In this document: positions 9,534 to 18,434 of the stretch, in pieces
Layout: every line of letters begins with the position of its first letter
Position numbering within the stretch: the stretch's first letter is position 1
Origin: Bacteriovoracaceae bacterium
GTDB lineage: Bacteria; Bdellovibrionota; UBA2428
Assembly (NCBI GenBank): GCA_947467125.1
Contig: CANIGN010000002.1
Location: forward strand, 1 to 45,068
Length of the DNA: 45,068 nt
Direction of reading: 5' to 3'
Notes under the pieces: generated by a model
Database searches by the model: none
What the model was told of the DNA's origin: nothing
The model's input: only the letters and a program-made list of their open reading frames with translations
Made by a program: the position numbers and the translations under genes

Positions 9534-9590
9534 GTAAAAAAAAGACGACTTGAAGACCCTTGCTCGTTAAACCATTAATTGAGGGATTCG

Positions 9591-10658
9591 ATGGTTAAAA
9601 AGGATTTCATTAAACTTTGGGTTTTTAAAATACTTCTCTATTTTGCTTTCATATGCACAAATGTTTTGTATTCAAAAAGCTTTGATTCTCCTTTCGCAAT
9701 TCAAAACATATTTAAACCGATTCCTATTCCTCCAAAGACAATGAACTATCAGCTCACAACAACCCCCGGCTACGAATACACCGATCCCCATAGGCTTCTA
9801 AAAATTATTGCAGTCGGAGATAGCCTTCTCCAAAATTTCTATAACTGTGATTTACCTTGTAAGCTTAAACAATTCCTAACACTCGAAAGAAAACATGCTT
9901 TTATAGATATAGATCCCGAGATTCACTCTATAGAGAGCGTCTTTGAGAAATTTTCTAAAATCACTCCAACACTCGCCATGAACGTAGGAGCACCAGGCTC
10001 AATGGTCATTAGCCCTCCTAAACCAAGTCTCCTTTATGAGACTCTTGGAATACGAAGTCTTCGAGAACAAGTCGAAATCATAAACTCTCTAGCAATTCCT
10101 CCAGATCTAACTTTTGTGTGGTTAGGCCACAACGACGTGAACCTCTACACAAAAGGATACTCCGAAGAAAAACTTCTTCACGAATTTGGAACTGAATTTA
10201 AAAAACAAATTCAAAAACTTGTTTTCTCATTAAGCGCTCAAGAATCTAAAAGAAAAAAATCAATCATTGTATTTTCACTCGGTTCTTTTGAAAGCGCTTT
10301 TAAAGCACGAGATGAATGCGAAGCTCGAAAAAAACTTGATTCTTCATTATTTGATTCTTTTGAAAATGTTTCAAAAGATTTTAAACTCGTTTTGAAAGAA
10401 AATCGCGAAGACGCTTATCGACTTAATAAAGAAACCAACCAAATCATGGAAAATACTATTCGTGAATTAAACTCTTACCGTGAACTTACTCCCAACATTG
10501 AGATTCGCTTTTCTTACAAACCTCAAGAAATCAACCAACTCTCTTGCGATGATCTCAGCCCTCACGATGCCTTCCATCCTGGAAAAAATGAAGCTCAACT
10601 CATTGCGAATCTCTTTTATGAAGAAGCTCTCAAAAGCCTAAATTTTGTTATGCATTAG
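9591..10658 (+). CDS. SGNH/GDSL-family hydrolase, secreted
   Basis: Block I is IIAVGDSLLQNF (GDS), block III is WLGHNDV (GxND) and block V is DAFHPG (DxxH). The N-terminus is hydrophobic. ATG 9591 is preceded by GAGGGA; the track ORF begins at TTG 9579. Confidence 0.7.
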   Translation: MVKKDFIKLWVFKILLYFAFICTNVLYSKSFDSPFAIQNIFKPIPIPPKTMNYQLTTTPGYEYTDPHRLLKIIAVGDSLLQNFYNCDLPCKLKQFLTLERKHAFIDIDPEIHSIESVFEKFSKITPTLAMNVGAPGSMVISPPKPSLLYETLGIRSLREQVEIINSLAIPPDLTFVWLGHNDVNLYTKGYSEEKLLHEFGTEFKKQIQKLVFSLSAQESKRKKSIIVFSLGSFESAFKARDECEARKKLDSSLFDSFENVSKDFKLVLKENREDAYRLNKETNQIMENTIRELNSYRELTPNIEIRFSYKPQEINQLSCDDLSPHDAFHPGKNEAQLIANLFYEEALKSLNFVMH

Positions 10659-10677
10659 AGGAGTCGGGGGTTAAAAA

Positions 10678-10754
10678 TGGCGCATCCAGCTGGGATCGAA
10701 CCAACAACCTTCAGATTCGTAGTCTGATGCTCTATCCAATTGAGCTATGGATGC
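10678..10754 (-). tRNA. tRNA-Arg (anticodon ACG), CCA encoded
   Basis: The reverse complement folds by hand as a cloverleaf: acceptor GCATCCA/TGGATGC, D-stem GCTC/GAGC, anticodon stem TCAGA/TCTGA with loop CTACGAA (ACG), T-arm GTTGG-TTCGATC-CCAGC, discriminator G plus CCA. Length is 77 nt. This tRNA is the substrate of TadA, which is also encoded in this window. Confidence 0.95.
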
Positions 10755-10867
10755 GTAAACTAAAAAAGAGCCTTCAGGGGCAGCCTTTTTTTGGTCGAAT
10801 TAAATATATAGACGAAAAACTGCAACCCTGCAGCAAAAATATCGAGTGATTACGTGGGAGAAGAAAC

Positions 10868-11461
10868 ATGTCAGGTATACTTGAAAGCCTCTACGACAAG
10901 ATAGCACCCGTTTATAATTGGACTATAGGCCCCTCTTTAGAGGGAGCCCGCAAAAAAGCCATTGAATTTGCCAACATTCAAAAAGGGGAAAGGGTCCTTG
11001 AGGTAGGGGTAGGAACAGGGCTTACTTTTCGCCATTTACCTCCCGAAATTGACTTCGTAGGCGTCGATCTTTCAGAAAAGATGCTGGCCCAAGCCCTTAA
11101 AAACGAAAAGAAACTAGGCCTTAACTATGAATTGCTCAAAATGGACGCCTCAAAGCTCAGCTTTCCTGATGAAAGCTTTGATTTAGTGATAAGCGCCCAT
11201 TTTCTAAGCGCCACCTCCAACCCCATTCCTGCCATATTAGAGATGAAACGCGTTGTGAAAAAAACAGGACGCGTTTTGCTTGTGAATAATTTTCAAAAAG
11301 CAGAATATCTTGCGCATCTCATGGAACCCCTTGCACATAAGTTGGGCTTTAGTATGAAGCTTAATCTTGAACAGCTTTGCGCTAAGACGGGCTTTCGAGT
11401 GCAAAAAAGAATAAGAGCCAGCAAAGTCCTCCCGATTGATGCAGTTCTTTTAATCCCTTAA
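10868..11461 (+). CDS. Class I SAM-dependent methyltransferase (UbiE/COQ5-like fold)
   Basis: SAM-binding motif I is VLEVGVGTG, with an acidic loop VGVDLS and motif post-II DLVISAH. Length is 197 aa. Confidence 0.8.
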   Translation: MSGILESLYDKIAPVYNWTIGPSLEGARKKAIEFANIQKGERVLEVGVGTGLTFRHLPPEIDFVGVDLSEKMLAQALKNEKKLGLNYELLKMDASKLSFPDESFDLVISAHFLSATSNPIPAILEMKRVVKKTGRVLLVNNFQKAEYLAHLMEPLAHKLGFSMKLNLEQLCAKTGFRVQKRIRASKVLPIDAVLLIP

Positions 11462-11464
11462 GCC

Positions 11465-12658
11465 TTATTCAATCTCAAGGTTTTTTTGGATGGAGGGCTC
11501 AAAATTTTCAAGCTCTTTAGGAATTTGCTTTTGAGAGCGAACCCCAAATTCTTTCAAGCGCTCTGATTGGCGCAACAAATTCCCTTTTCCATCACGAAGC
11601 TTTTTAATCGCCTCATCGTAAGATCCTTGAGCGCTCTGAAGAGACTTTCCAATCGACATTAGATCTTCACAAAACAAAACAAACTTGTCATAAAGAAGCC
11701 CTCCGCTGCGAGCAATCTCTAGAGCATTTTGATTTTGTTTTTCGTTTTTCCAAATAGACTCTACAGTTTTTAAAGTTGGCAAAAGAGTAGAGGGGCCCAC
11801 TAAAACAACTTTTCGATTCCAAGCTTGTTGAAACAAATTTGGATCATGTTCGTACAAAGCAATTAAAGCTGTTTCAATTGGAAAGAATAGAAAAACAAAA
11901 TCAGGCGAGCGAAGGTTTTTTAAATTTTGATAATGCTTATCTCCCAAACCCTGAACATGCATTCGAACTGCCGAAGCAAAACTTTTTAAAGCTAATGCTT
12001 TTTCATTTTGATCCGCTGTATTCACCCATTTTTCAAAAGCAGAAAGACTCACCTTGCTATCAATAATCAAATGTCTGTTCTCAGGTAAATGAATAATCAC
12101 ATCGGGCTTAAAGCGAGCGCCTTCTTCGTTCTTAAGCTGAAGATCTCTTCCTTGAGTTGAGTATTCGTGGCCTTCTCGTAAACCTGAAGCTTCCAAAACC
12201 TTTTCAAGAATCACCTCACCCCAAATTCCTTGAGTTTTAAAATCTCCACGAAGAGCTTTTCCTAGGTTGTCACTTGTAAAAGCCATTCGTTCAATTTCTT
12301 TTTTCAAATTAAATCTTTCACGAGCTTCTGCTTGATAAACACTTTCGACTTTATTTTCAAAATCTTTTAATTTTTCGTTTAGAGGTTTTAAAATATTTTC
12401 AAAACTTTTTGAGGAAGAAACTTCTAAGTTTTGCTGACTTTTTTTCATCAAATCATTTGCAAAAAGTTCAAACTTTTCTTGAAAGAGCTTTTCTTTTAAG
12501 GCCGCTTCACTCTTAATAGATTCAACTTGAGCACTTAAAAGAGTTTTTTCTTTTTCAGCTTCAAGCACATATTTTGCATGCTTTTGATTCATTAAAAAAT
12601 ACGCAAAAAGAGCGCCAAGAAGGCACCCCCCTAAAATTAAAAAAAGGCTCAACAACAT
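11465..12658 (-). CDS. rmuC: DNA recombination protein RmuC
   Basis: It has an N-terminal TM (LLSLFLILGGCLLGALFAYFL) and a long coiled-coil region. The C-terminal nuclease-like core has a PD-(D/E)xK-type segment, PDVIIHLPENRHLIIDSKVSL, followed by FVFLFFPIE. Confidence 0.8.
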   Translation of the reverse strand: MLLSLFLILGGCLLGALFAYFLMNQKHAKYVLEAEKEKTLLSAQVESIKSEAALKEKLFQEKFELFANDLMKKSQQNLEVSSSKSFENILKPLNEKLKDFENKVESVYQAEARERFNLKKEIERMAFTSDNLGKALRGDFKTQGIWGEVILEKVLEASGLREGHEYSTQGRDLQLKNEEGARFKPDVIIHLPENRHLIIDSKVSLSAFEKWVNTADQNEKALALKSFASAVRMHVQGLGDKHYQNLKNLRSPDFVFLFFPIETALIALYEHDPNLFQQAWNRKVVLVGPSTLLPTLKTVESIWKNEKQNQNALEIARSGGLLYDKFVLFCEDLMSIGKSLQSAQGSYDEAIKKLRDGKGNLLRQSERLKEFGVRSQKQIPKELENFEPSIQKNLEIE

Positions 12659-12769
12659 AGGCCTTATTCAAGCGCTCTTTGAATGAATTCACAATTGTTA
12701 ACTTTGGGTTAAGGTTCCAAATAAAGTTTTCATCTTTAATGATCGTTAATTACGCCGAAAGAATGAATT

Positions 12770-13411
12770 ATGGGCTCTTATTCTAAACAAAGTCCTTGGC
12801 ATTCATTCATGCAAAGAGACGATCGATCTTTGCTAAAAGATCTTGCTCACCATCAATGGTCCTCAAGTTATATTTTAGAAAAAATCCCAGGGATTGTTTT
12901 TGCAGCACTCAGATCCCTCCATTTTTCACGTTCTCATAGGTGGGGAGTAGCTATTTCTACTGAAAAAATGCGCCCTATCGCAATGCAATTTTGTGAATGG
13001 ATGAGAACCCATGGAGAATGGGAAAAATGTGAAGCTTCCTGGTCTAAAAAAAGCAAAGGCCCATGGTCTTTGCCCTTCCAAATCTTTAGATCTTATTACA
13101 GATTTCGACGTGCGGAATATCCCAAGGGCATCAAGGGTGAAGTGAGTTATTCAGGACAAAAAAGCCTCCTAGACATGGAGGGAGCTCCTCTTGAAAACGC
13201 TCTCACCGGGCCTTTTTTAGAAGCCTTTTCTTTTATTACATTTTCGCTTCCAGAGCCGCTTCAACTCCCTTACCAACTTCACCTTGAAGGTCTATTACCA
13301 CATGAAATTTCTAAACTTTTGGGAATTCAAGCAAACAAAATTGATCAAGCTATTCATGCAGCAAAAGAAATTCTAAGCGCAGGCTACAGCAAGGCCAAGG
13401 AGTCGGCATGA
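12770..13411 (+). CDS. Hypothetical protein with a sigma-70 region-4-like C-terminal HTH (divergent ECF-sigma-like)
   Basis: The C-terminus LPEPLQLPYQLHLEGLLPHEISKLLGIQANKIDQAIHAAKEILS parallels the region 4.2 pattern (LPexqR..f.L....G.s..EIA..LG.s..tV......A...L). I cannot recognise region 2 confidently. Confidence 0.4.
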   Translation: MGSYSKQSPWHSFMQRDDRSLLKDLAHHQWSSSYILEKIPGIVFAALRSLHFSRSHRWGVAISTEKMRPIAMQFCEWMRTHGEWEKCEASWSKKSKGPWSLPFQIFRSYYRFRRAEYPKGIKGEVSYSGQKSLLDMEGAPLENALTGPFLEAFSFITFSLPEPLQLPYQLHLEGLLPHEISKLLGIQANKIDQAIHAAKEILSAGYSKAKESA

Positions 13412-13626
13412 AACAGACCAAACAAATTACTCTTGATTTTGAATCCCACGATATGGATTCCGTTCTTATTCGATGGCTCCTCGAAGGAGTGAAAGAGGAA
13501 GAAAAAGAAAAATTCGAAAAAACTTTATTATTCGATAGACGATTTCGTGAGCATTTCTGCGAATGGGTGAAAGCTATTCGAGAACCTGCATGGGCCTTGA
13601 ACGCTTCACAAAAGGAAGATAAATGA
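13408..13626 (+). CDS. Small soluble protein, anti-sigma-factor-N-terminal-domain-like
   Basis: 72 aa with no TM. LIRWLLEGVKEEEKEKFEKTLLFDRRFREHFCEWV parallels the anti-sigma pattern (yLDGeLs.ee...ve.HL..C..C). The H-x3-C-x2-C zinc ligands are not conserved. There is a canonical AAGGAG SD 6 nt upstream and an ATGA overlap with the upstream gene. Confidence 0.3.
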   Translation: MKQTKQITLDFESHDMDSVLIRWLLEGVKEEEKEKFEKTLLFDRRFREHFCEWVKAIREPAWALNASQKEDK

Positions 13627-14141
13627 ACAACAAACAACGAGAACTCTTACTAGATTGCCTGAGTCAGCTCTGGGCTCTTTCACGCAAAGCCGAAGACTAC
13701 TGGAAATACGTTGCTTCACTTGAGTGGGAAGAAAGCCTTACGCTTTTTAGCTCACTCCTCAAACATCCTCAGCAAATTGAAAATATTTTTGGTATTTTGA
13801 GTGAAGAAGAGAATAAAAAACTCAAAGACTCATTTGATTCAATTTTAAATAGACCACGATCTCAAAGCCCTGGTTTCTTTCATGTTGCAGTTTGGGCAAG
13901 TGTGATCGAAGTTAAATCTCAAACTCTTCGTCGTGAAATCTTTAGAGCTGCACTTATTCTGGATCAGTTGTCTCGTAAAATGATTGGATCTCCCATCGAT
14001 ATGTCCTCAAAAGAACTAACTCATTACTTAGATTTATCTAAAAGGTTTATGAGCCTTTCAAAACATATTCATCCAGCCTTTTCTCATTCTGATTTGCCCA
14101 TGCCTACAAACGTGAGCAAAAAAGAAGCTGCGGGCGGTTAG
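13623..14141 (+). CDS. Hypothetical protein (all-helical by composition)
   Basis: 172 aa ORF with an AAGGAAG SD and an ATGA overlap with the upstream gene. No recognisable motif. Confidence 0.5.
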   Translation: MNNKQRELLLDCLSQLWALSRKAEDYWKYVASLEWEESLTLFSSLLKHPQQIENIFGILSEEENKKLKDSFDSILNRPRSQSPGFFHVAVWASVIEVKSQTLRREIFRAALILDQLSRKMIGSPIDMSSKELTHYLDLSKRFMSLSKHIHPAFSHSDLPMPTNVSKKEAAGG

Positions 14142-14143
14142 TA

Positions 14144-15511
14144 TTAAGGAATGGGATATTCGGAAAGCCTTTGAAAGCGAGCTGCTTGATAGTCTTCTTT
14201 TAAACCTGAAGGTAAAGAATCAAGATAATTTGCAAGACTCGTGTATTTCACACATTTAACTTCCGCCAAACCACAAACTCTTTTAGCAAATTGTTTCAAA
14301 ACACGATTGTAAACACCTCGCTGATAAGGAAAAAAATGATGTCCAATACTTAAAGGAGCACGATTTCCAAAATAATTTGCTTTGAAATACTTCATGTAAG
14401 TTTGCATCATTTCATCAGCAAATCTGTCTTCATTTTCTGGATCATTTTCTGGATTTTTTCTGTCTTTGCTTTGATTTACAAAAAAGTTGTAATCCATAGA
14501 AATAGACTTATTTCCATTCCCCACAATGGTCAGTTCAAATAAAGGAAATTGCCATAATCCATAAGCGTTCTTTTTAGGCCAGAGTCTATAATCTGCTGAA
14601 TCACTTGTATCGTATCGATAACCTAAGCTCTTGAGAGCTGGAAAAAGCCCTGCACTTTTATCTAAATAAGGGGCTCTGAAACCCACTATGCTCGATGCAA
14701 TTTTTGAAGCATCTTTATATCCAAAGGATAAAAAATTATCTGTAAATATTTTTTTAAAATTGAGAAGCTCTTCTACCCAATCTTCTTTGCTCCACTGAGT
14801 TCCGCTAAAATGTCCAACGGCATGTGAAGCAAGCTCGTGCCCCTCAGAATATAATTTATGGACATAGGCCGTTCTTGTTTCGACATCTTCAAAAGATCCA
14901 CCAAAGCCAATATTGGAAGCTCCTTGTGCGTGAAGGGGACCTTTATAAAACTTTCTTTTTTGATCAGGAATAAAATTGACGCCACTTAAAAAGAAAGTGA
15001 ATTCAATATTTTTATCTAATTCCCGCATCTGTTTAGAAAAGGAAGCAAGGTCTTTCCAGCGCTCATTTTCCGTACAGTTATCAAAAGCAAACATGATAAA
15101 TTGCGGAGGGCGATTTTTTGAAGGCGTGGGAATAACTGGTGCAGGGACAATAGGAGTAGGAGGAACGATGGGAGCGGGAGGGATAGGGGCAGGAACAACC
15201 GGAGCTGGAGCAACAGGGACAACGGGAGTTGGTCGAACTTCTTGAGGATGAACAGGAATGGCCTTTGGTGGAGGAGTTTCTTCAATAACTTCAGCTTTTT
15301 CTACGGGAGTCGGAGCTGGAGGGTTTAATAAGATCACTCGAGGAATAATCTCTGTAGAAGCCTTCAAAACGGGAGTTTGCTCAAGAGCTTGATCCTGCTC
15401 TTTTAATTCCTTAGTTTGAGCGTTTTTTTGGGCGCAAGAAAAGAGACTTATAGCAAAAAGGACAAAAATTGCCCGATATGTAAAAGAATTCTGCCCTTTA
15501 AGTTTCTTCAT
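14144..15511 (-). CDS. Polysaccharide deacetylase (NodB/CE4-like) lipoprotein with a Pro-rich linker
   Basis: Starting at Met25 (15511) gives the lipoprotein signal MKKLKGQNSFTYRAIFVLFAISLFSC; the longest ORF starts at 15583. A Pro/Val/Ala-rich linker follows (PVVPVAPAPVVPAPIPPAPIVPPTPIVPAPVIPTP). CE4-like motifs are FAFDNC (variant of TFDD), HAVGH (HxxxH) and FRAPY (RxPY). Confidence 0.65.
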   Translation of the reverse strand: MKKLKGQNSFTYRAIFVLFAISLFSCAQKNAQTKELKEQDQALEQTPVLKASTEIIPRVILLNPPAPTPVEKAEVIEETPPPKAIPVHPQEVRPTPVVPVAPAPVVPAPIPPAPIVPPTPIVPAPVIPTPSKNRPPQFIMFAFDNCTENERWKDLASFSKQMRELDKNIEFTFFLSGVNFIPDQKRKFYKGPLHAQGASNIGFGGSFEDVETRTAYVHKLYSEGHELASHAVGHFSGTQWSKEDWVEELLNFKKIFTDNFLSFGYKDASKIASSIVGFRAPYLDKSAGLFPALKSLGYRYDTSDSADYRLWPKKNAYGLWQFPLFELTIVGNGNKSISMDYNFFVNQSKDRKNPENDPENEDRFADEMMQTYMKYFKANYFGNRAPLSIGHHFFPYQRGVYNRVLKQFAKRVCGLAEVKCVKYTSLANYLDSLPSGLKEDYQAARFQRLSEYPIP

Positions 15512-15615
15512 CTTCTTCCCATGAACACCTTTAAGCGTTCCTGCTGAGGCTTTAAAATCCTCATAGCTTTTTAAAGCAAGCAATATGCCATCTTAAGAGA
15601 AGTTTTAGCAACAAA

Positions 15616-16758
15616 CTAATTCAACAAATATTCCAAATAATCAGCAAGTGCGGTCGCTCTTTGTTCAATGCTTTTCATTTCAATAAATTCTTCTTTGGAA
15701 TGAATAGCGCCTCCTCGAGGACCAAGCCCATCAATGATTTGTAAATCTTTTGAAGCAAAATAGCAGCAATCAGAAGCTCCTCGACCGGCCTCTAAAAGTA
15801 CCGAAGTTCCTTCAATTCTAGAATAAATTTCTTGAGCCTTCTTGAGCTCTTGAGTCATTTCACTTTCAAAAGAAGGGCAATCGTCTATCAATTCCATTTT
15901 GATAGAACCCATATTCTTATTGTTAGGAGAAAAAAATTGAAGCTTTCTTAGCCCTTCTTCTAAGTTTGAATGAAAAGATCGAGCATCGTCATAATTCTCA
16001 AAGCGCATATCCATGGTGACTAAAATCTTTTCAGCGCTCATGTTGTATTTAAAAGGTGTGCTTTCTACACCATTCACACTCACACTAAGATGTGGATAAA
16101 GTAGGGATAACTTTTGAATAAGTTCATAAAGCTTTACAAAGCCCAAAGTGGGATTCGCTGAATCTTGAACGTCTCTGCCCGTATGAACAGAATTACCCTT
16201 AATAGTAAATTTGTAATAGCGATTTCCTCGGCGCTTTCGAATTAAACATCCACCCGGCAAAGCAGGTTCCATGCCTAAGACAAAACTTAATTGAGAGCTC
16301 AATTCTTTGATGAATTTTTGGAATCCAGGCGAACCCATTTCTTCACAGGAAGAAGAAAAAAGGTAAAGAGGCTTTTGAATCTTGTGCAACTTTCCAGAAG
16401 AGAATAGTTTTTCAAGGGCTCCCAAAGCGATCACCATTCCACCTTTGTTATCAGCAACACCTCCTCCAAAAGCGATTCCCTTGGATGAATCTATTTCGAA
16501 CGCTCTTAAATCTTGTGTGGAATAAACAGTATCAGCATGAGTGACAAGACAAACTCCCTTGCGAAGAGCTGACTTATCTTTCACACCCCATGAAGCTAAA
16601 ACAGAAGAAGAATAATCAGGATGTTCAGATTCAATCCAAGAAATTTTGGGATGAAAGAGTTGTAAGCGCTCGATGAGTTTTTTTTGGACGGATTCAACAC
16701 CTATGCAATCATTTGTTTCAGAAGAAAGCTCTACGAGCTCCCTTAAAAAGTTAAGCAT
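15616..16758 (-). CDS. M20 family metallopeptidase (CPG2/ArgE/DapE superfamily)
   Basis: Metal-ligand motifs are present: VTHADTV (HxD), GGGVADNKGG (bridging Asp), CEEMGS (Glu-Glu), and a C-terminal His in GGAIHSKEE. Confidence 0.8.
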   Translation of the reverse strand: MLNFLRELVELSSETNDCIGVESVQKKLIERLQLFHPKISWIESEHPDYSSSVLASWGVKDKSALRKGVCLVTHADTVYSTQDLRAFEIDSSKGIAFGGGVADNKGGMVIALGALEKLFSSGKLHKIQKPLYLFSSSCEEMGSPGFQKFIKELSSQLSFVLGMEPALPGGCLIRKRRGNRYYKFTIKGNSVHTGRDVQDSANPTLGFVKLYELIQKLSLLYPHLSVSVNGVESTPFKYNMSAEKILVTMDMRFENYDDARSFHSNLEEGLRKLQFFSPNNKNMGSIKMELIDDCPSFESEMTQELKKAQEIYSRIEGTSVLLEAGRGASDCCYFASKDLQIIDGLGPRGGAIHSKEEFIEMKSIEQRATALADYLEYLLN

Positions 16759-16822
16759 GGGACCAGACTAAATCTGAGCCCCATGCTGTCAAGTTTAGAA
16801 AATAAAGATTCTTTTCTAAAAA

Positions 16823-18415
16823 CTATTGATTCCCTTTTTCAACGTTTCCACGTCTTAAAAAAGCAGGAATTTCGAGATCTTCATTGCTATTTGTGTGGAG
16901 TCCAAGATCTTGAGCAATTTTGCGAGCTTGCTGCAAAATATCCATAGATTTTGAAACTTTGACTTCTACTACTGGCTCTGGTGCAACTTCTACTTTCTCA
17001 ATTTGAGGAGCTGCTTCCACAACTGGGCTTTCCACAAAAACTTCTTCTTCAAGAGAAGCTGCTTGATGAGTGGGCTCTTCAAAGCTCTTAGTTTCAAAAC
17101 TCTGAGTCATTTCCTGAGGAGGAGCCACTTCAACTTTTACTTCAACATGAGGAGCACTCACAGGAACAGAAAAACTTGTTGTTCCTTGTGAATAATCCGC
17201 TGTGAAAAAAGCTTCTGGTCCGTTTTCATTTTTTGTTTCAATTTTTGGAGAAACATTTTGAGAAATGGGAGCGACTACGGGCTGAGCAACTTGCGGAACG
17301 ACTTGCTGAAATGTTTGTTGAACAGCCGGTTGTTGAGAATCCATTGGCTGAACATACGAGCTTGTAACGCCCATAACATTGTTCTTATCTTTTTGATTAA
17401 AGCCCGTTGCAATTACAGTTACCTTAACAGCATCGCCAATTTTGCTATTGAAAACACTTCCGAAAATAACTTCTGCATCACGATCAGCTTCTTCAGTAAT
17501 CAATGTTACTGCTTCGTTGATTTCATGAAGAGTGAGGTTCTCAGGTCCAGTGATATTGATGATAATTCCTGTTGCTCCACGAATAGAGATGTCTTCCAAC
17601 AAAGGACTTGAAATCGCCAAATGAGCCGCCGTCACAGAACGATTTTCACCTTCAGCAACACCTGTTCCCATAAGAGCTAATCCACGATTTTGCATAACAG
17701 TTTTGACGTCTGCAAAGTCGAGGTTGATGTGTCCAGAAATGTTGATCAAATCACTGATACCTTGAACAGCGTTCAACAAAACTTCATCAGCTCTTGAGAA
17801 AGCTTCTAAAACGCTTGTTTTCTTATCAATGATTGAAAGCAATCTTTGATTAGGAATTTGAATAAGTGTATCGACATTTTCTTTAAGAGTCGCAAGACCT
17901 TTTTCAGCAACACGTGTTCGCTTAGGTGCTTCAAAGATAAAAGGTTTAGTCACAACAGCTACAGTCAAAGCGCCAATGTCTTTTGCAATTCTTGCAATCA
18001 CAGGAGCGGCACCCGTTCCTGTTCCGCCGCCCATTCCCGCAGTGATGAAAACCATGTCAGCACCTTCGAGAGATTTACGAATTTCAGCTTGGCTTTCTTC
18101 AGCAGCTTGACGGCCCACTTCAGGATTTGCACCTGCACCTAATCCTTTTGTAAGTCCCATTCCAAGTTGAATACGACGAGTTGCTAAACTTTTTGCAAGA
18201 GCTTGGCGATCTGTATTTCCAGAAATGAATTCCACTCCTGAAAGTCCAGCTTTCACCATGGCGTTGATTGCATTACAACCACCACCTCCAATGCCCACAA
18301 CTTTAATTTGTGCGCCTAAAACATCCATATCTCCTACAGTAATTTCCTGTGAAGATGAATGCTCTTCATTTGTGAATCCTTGATTTTCTTCCCCTTCAAT
18401 TGGCTCAAATCCCAT
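16823..18415 (-). CDS. ftsZ: Cell division GTPase FtsZ (long disordered linker)
   Basis: [13 protein letters not shown], the tubulin signature [13 protein letters not shown] and NxDxAD (NLDFADV) are all present. The linker is about 170 aa. The conserved C-terminal peptide is [11 protein letters not shown]. Confidence 0.97.
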   Translation of the reverse strand: MGFEPIEGEENQGFTNEEHSSSQEITVGDMDVLGAQIKVVGIGGGGCNAINAMVKAGLSGVEFISGNTDRQALAKSLATRRIQLGMGLTKGLGAGANPEVGRQAAEESQAEIRKSLEGADMVFITAGMGGGTGTGAAPVIARIAKDIGALTVAVVTKPFIFEAPKRTRVAEKGLATLKENVDTLIQIPNQRLLSIIDKKTSVLEAFSRADEVLLNAVQGISDLINISGHINLDFADVKTVMQNRGLALMGTGVAEGENRSVTAAHLAISSPLLEDISIRGATGIIINITGPENLTLHEINEAVTLITEEADRDAEVIFGSVFNSKIGDAVKVTVIATGFNQKDKNNVMGVTSSYVQPMDSQQPAVQQTFQQVVPQVAQPVVAPISQNVSPKIETKNENGPEAFFTADYSQGTTSFSVPVSAPHVEVKVEVAPPQEMTQSFETKSFEEPTHQAASLEEEVFVESPVVEAAPQIEKVEVAPEPVVEVKVSKSMDILQQARKIAQDLGLHTNSNEDLEIPAFLRRGNVEKGNQ

Positions 18416-18420
18416 AACGT

Positions 18421-18427
18421 CCCCCCC
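18421..18427 (-). promoter_or_regulatory. G7 homopolymer (SD-like) 5 nt upstream of the ftsZ ATG
   Basis: The minus strand reads ACGGGGGGG-ACGTT-ATG. Confidence 0.5.
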
Positions 18428-18434
18428 GTTTTTT

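Noticed and set aside
10760-10800. A-run / short stem / T-run (aaaaaagaGCCTtcagGGGCagccttttttt) next to the tRNA, considered as a bidirectional terminator
   Set aside because: The stem is only about 4 bp including a G-U pair, which is too weak to call.
13350-13637. 95-aa minus-strand ORF spanning the junctions of the three-gene cassette
   Set aside because: The plus-strand genes have canonical SDs and ATGA coupling. The antisense ORF has neither.
15512-15583. N-terminal extensions given by longest-ORF calls, for the deacetylase here and also ftsA 19692..19736, nuoJ 33800..33871, nuoC 37309..37353 and LysM 6844..6879
   Set aside because: The internal Met gives a proper signal peptide or a conserved N-terminus, and removes long overlaps with the upstream gene. 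The extensions are probably not translated. This is not proven.
16796-16818. 7-bp inverted repeat TAGAAAA-N9-TTTTCTA just downstream of the ftsZ stop, considered as a terminator
   Set aside because: The stem is almost entirely A-T and no U-tract follows on the minus strand. It is unlikely to be a functional intrinsic terminator.
17258-17611. 117-aa plus-strand ORF antisense to ftsZ (similar ones at 17003..17191 and 17846..18142)
   Set aside because: They lie opposite an unambiguous ftsZ CDS and have no independent support.
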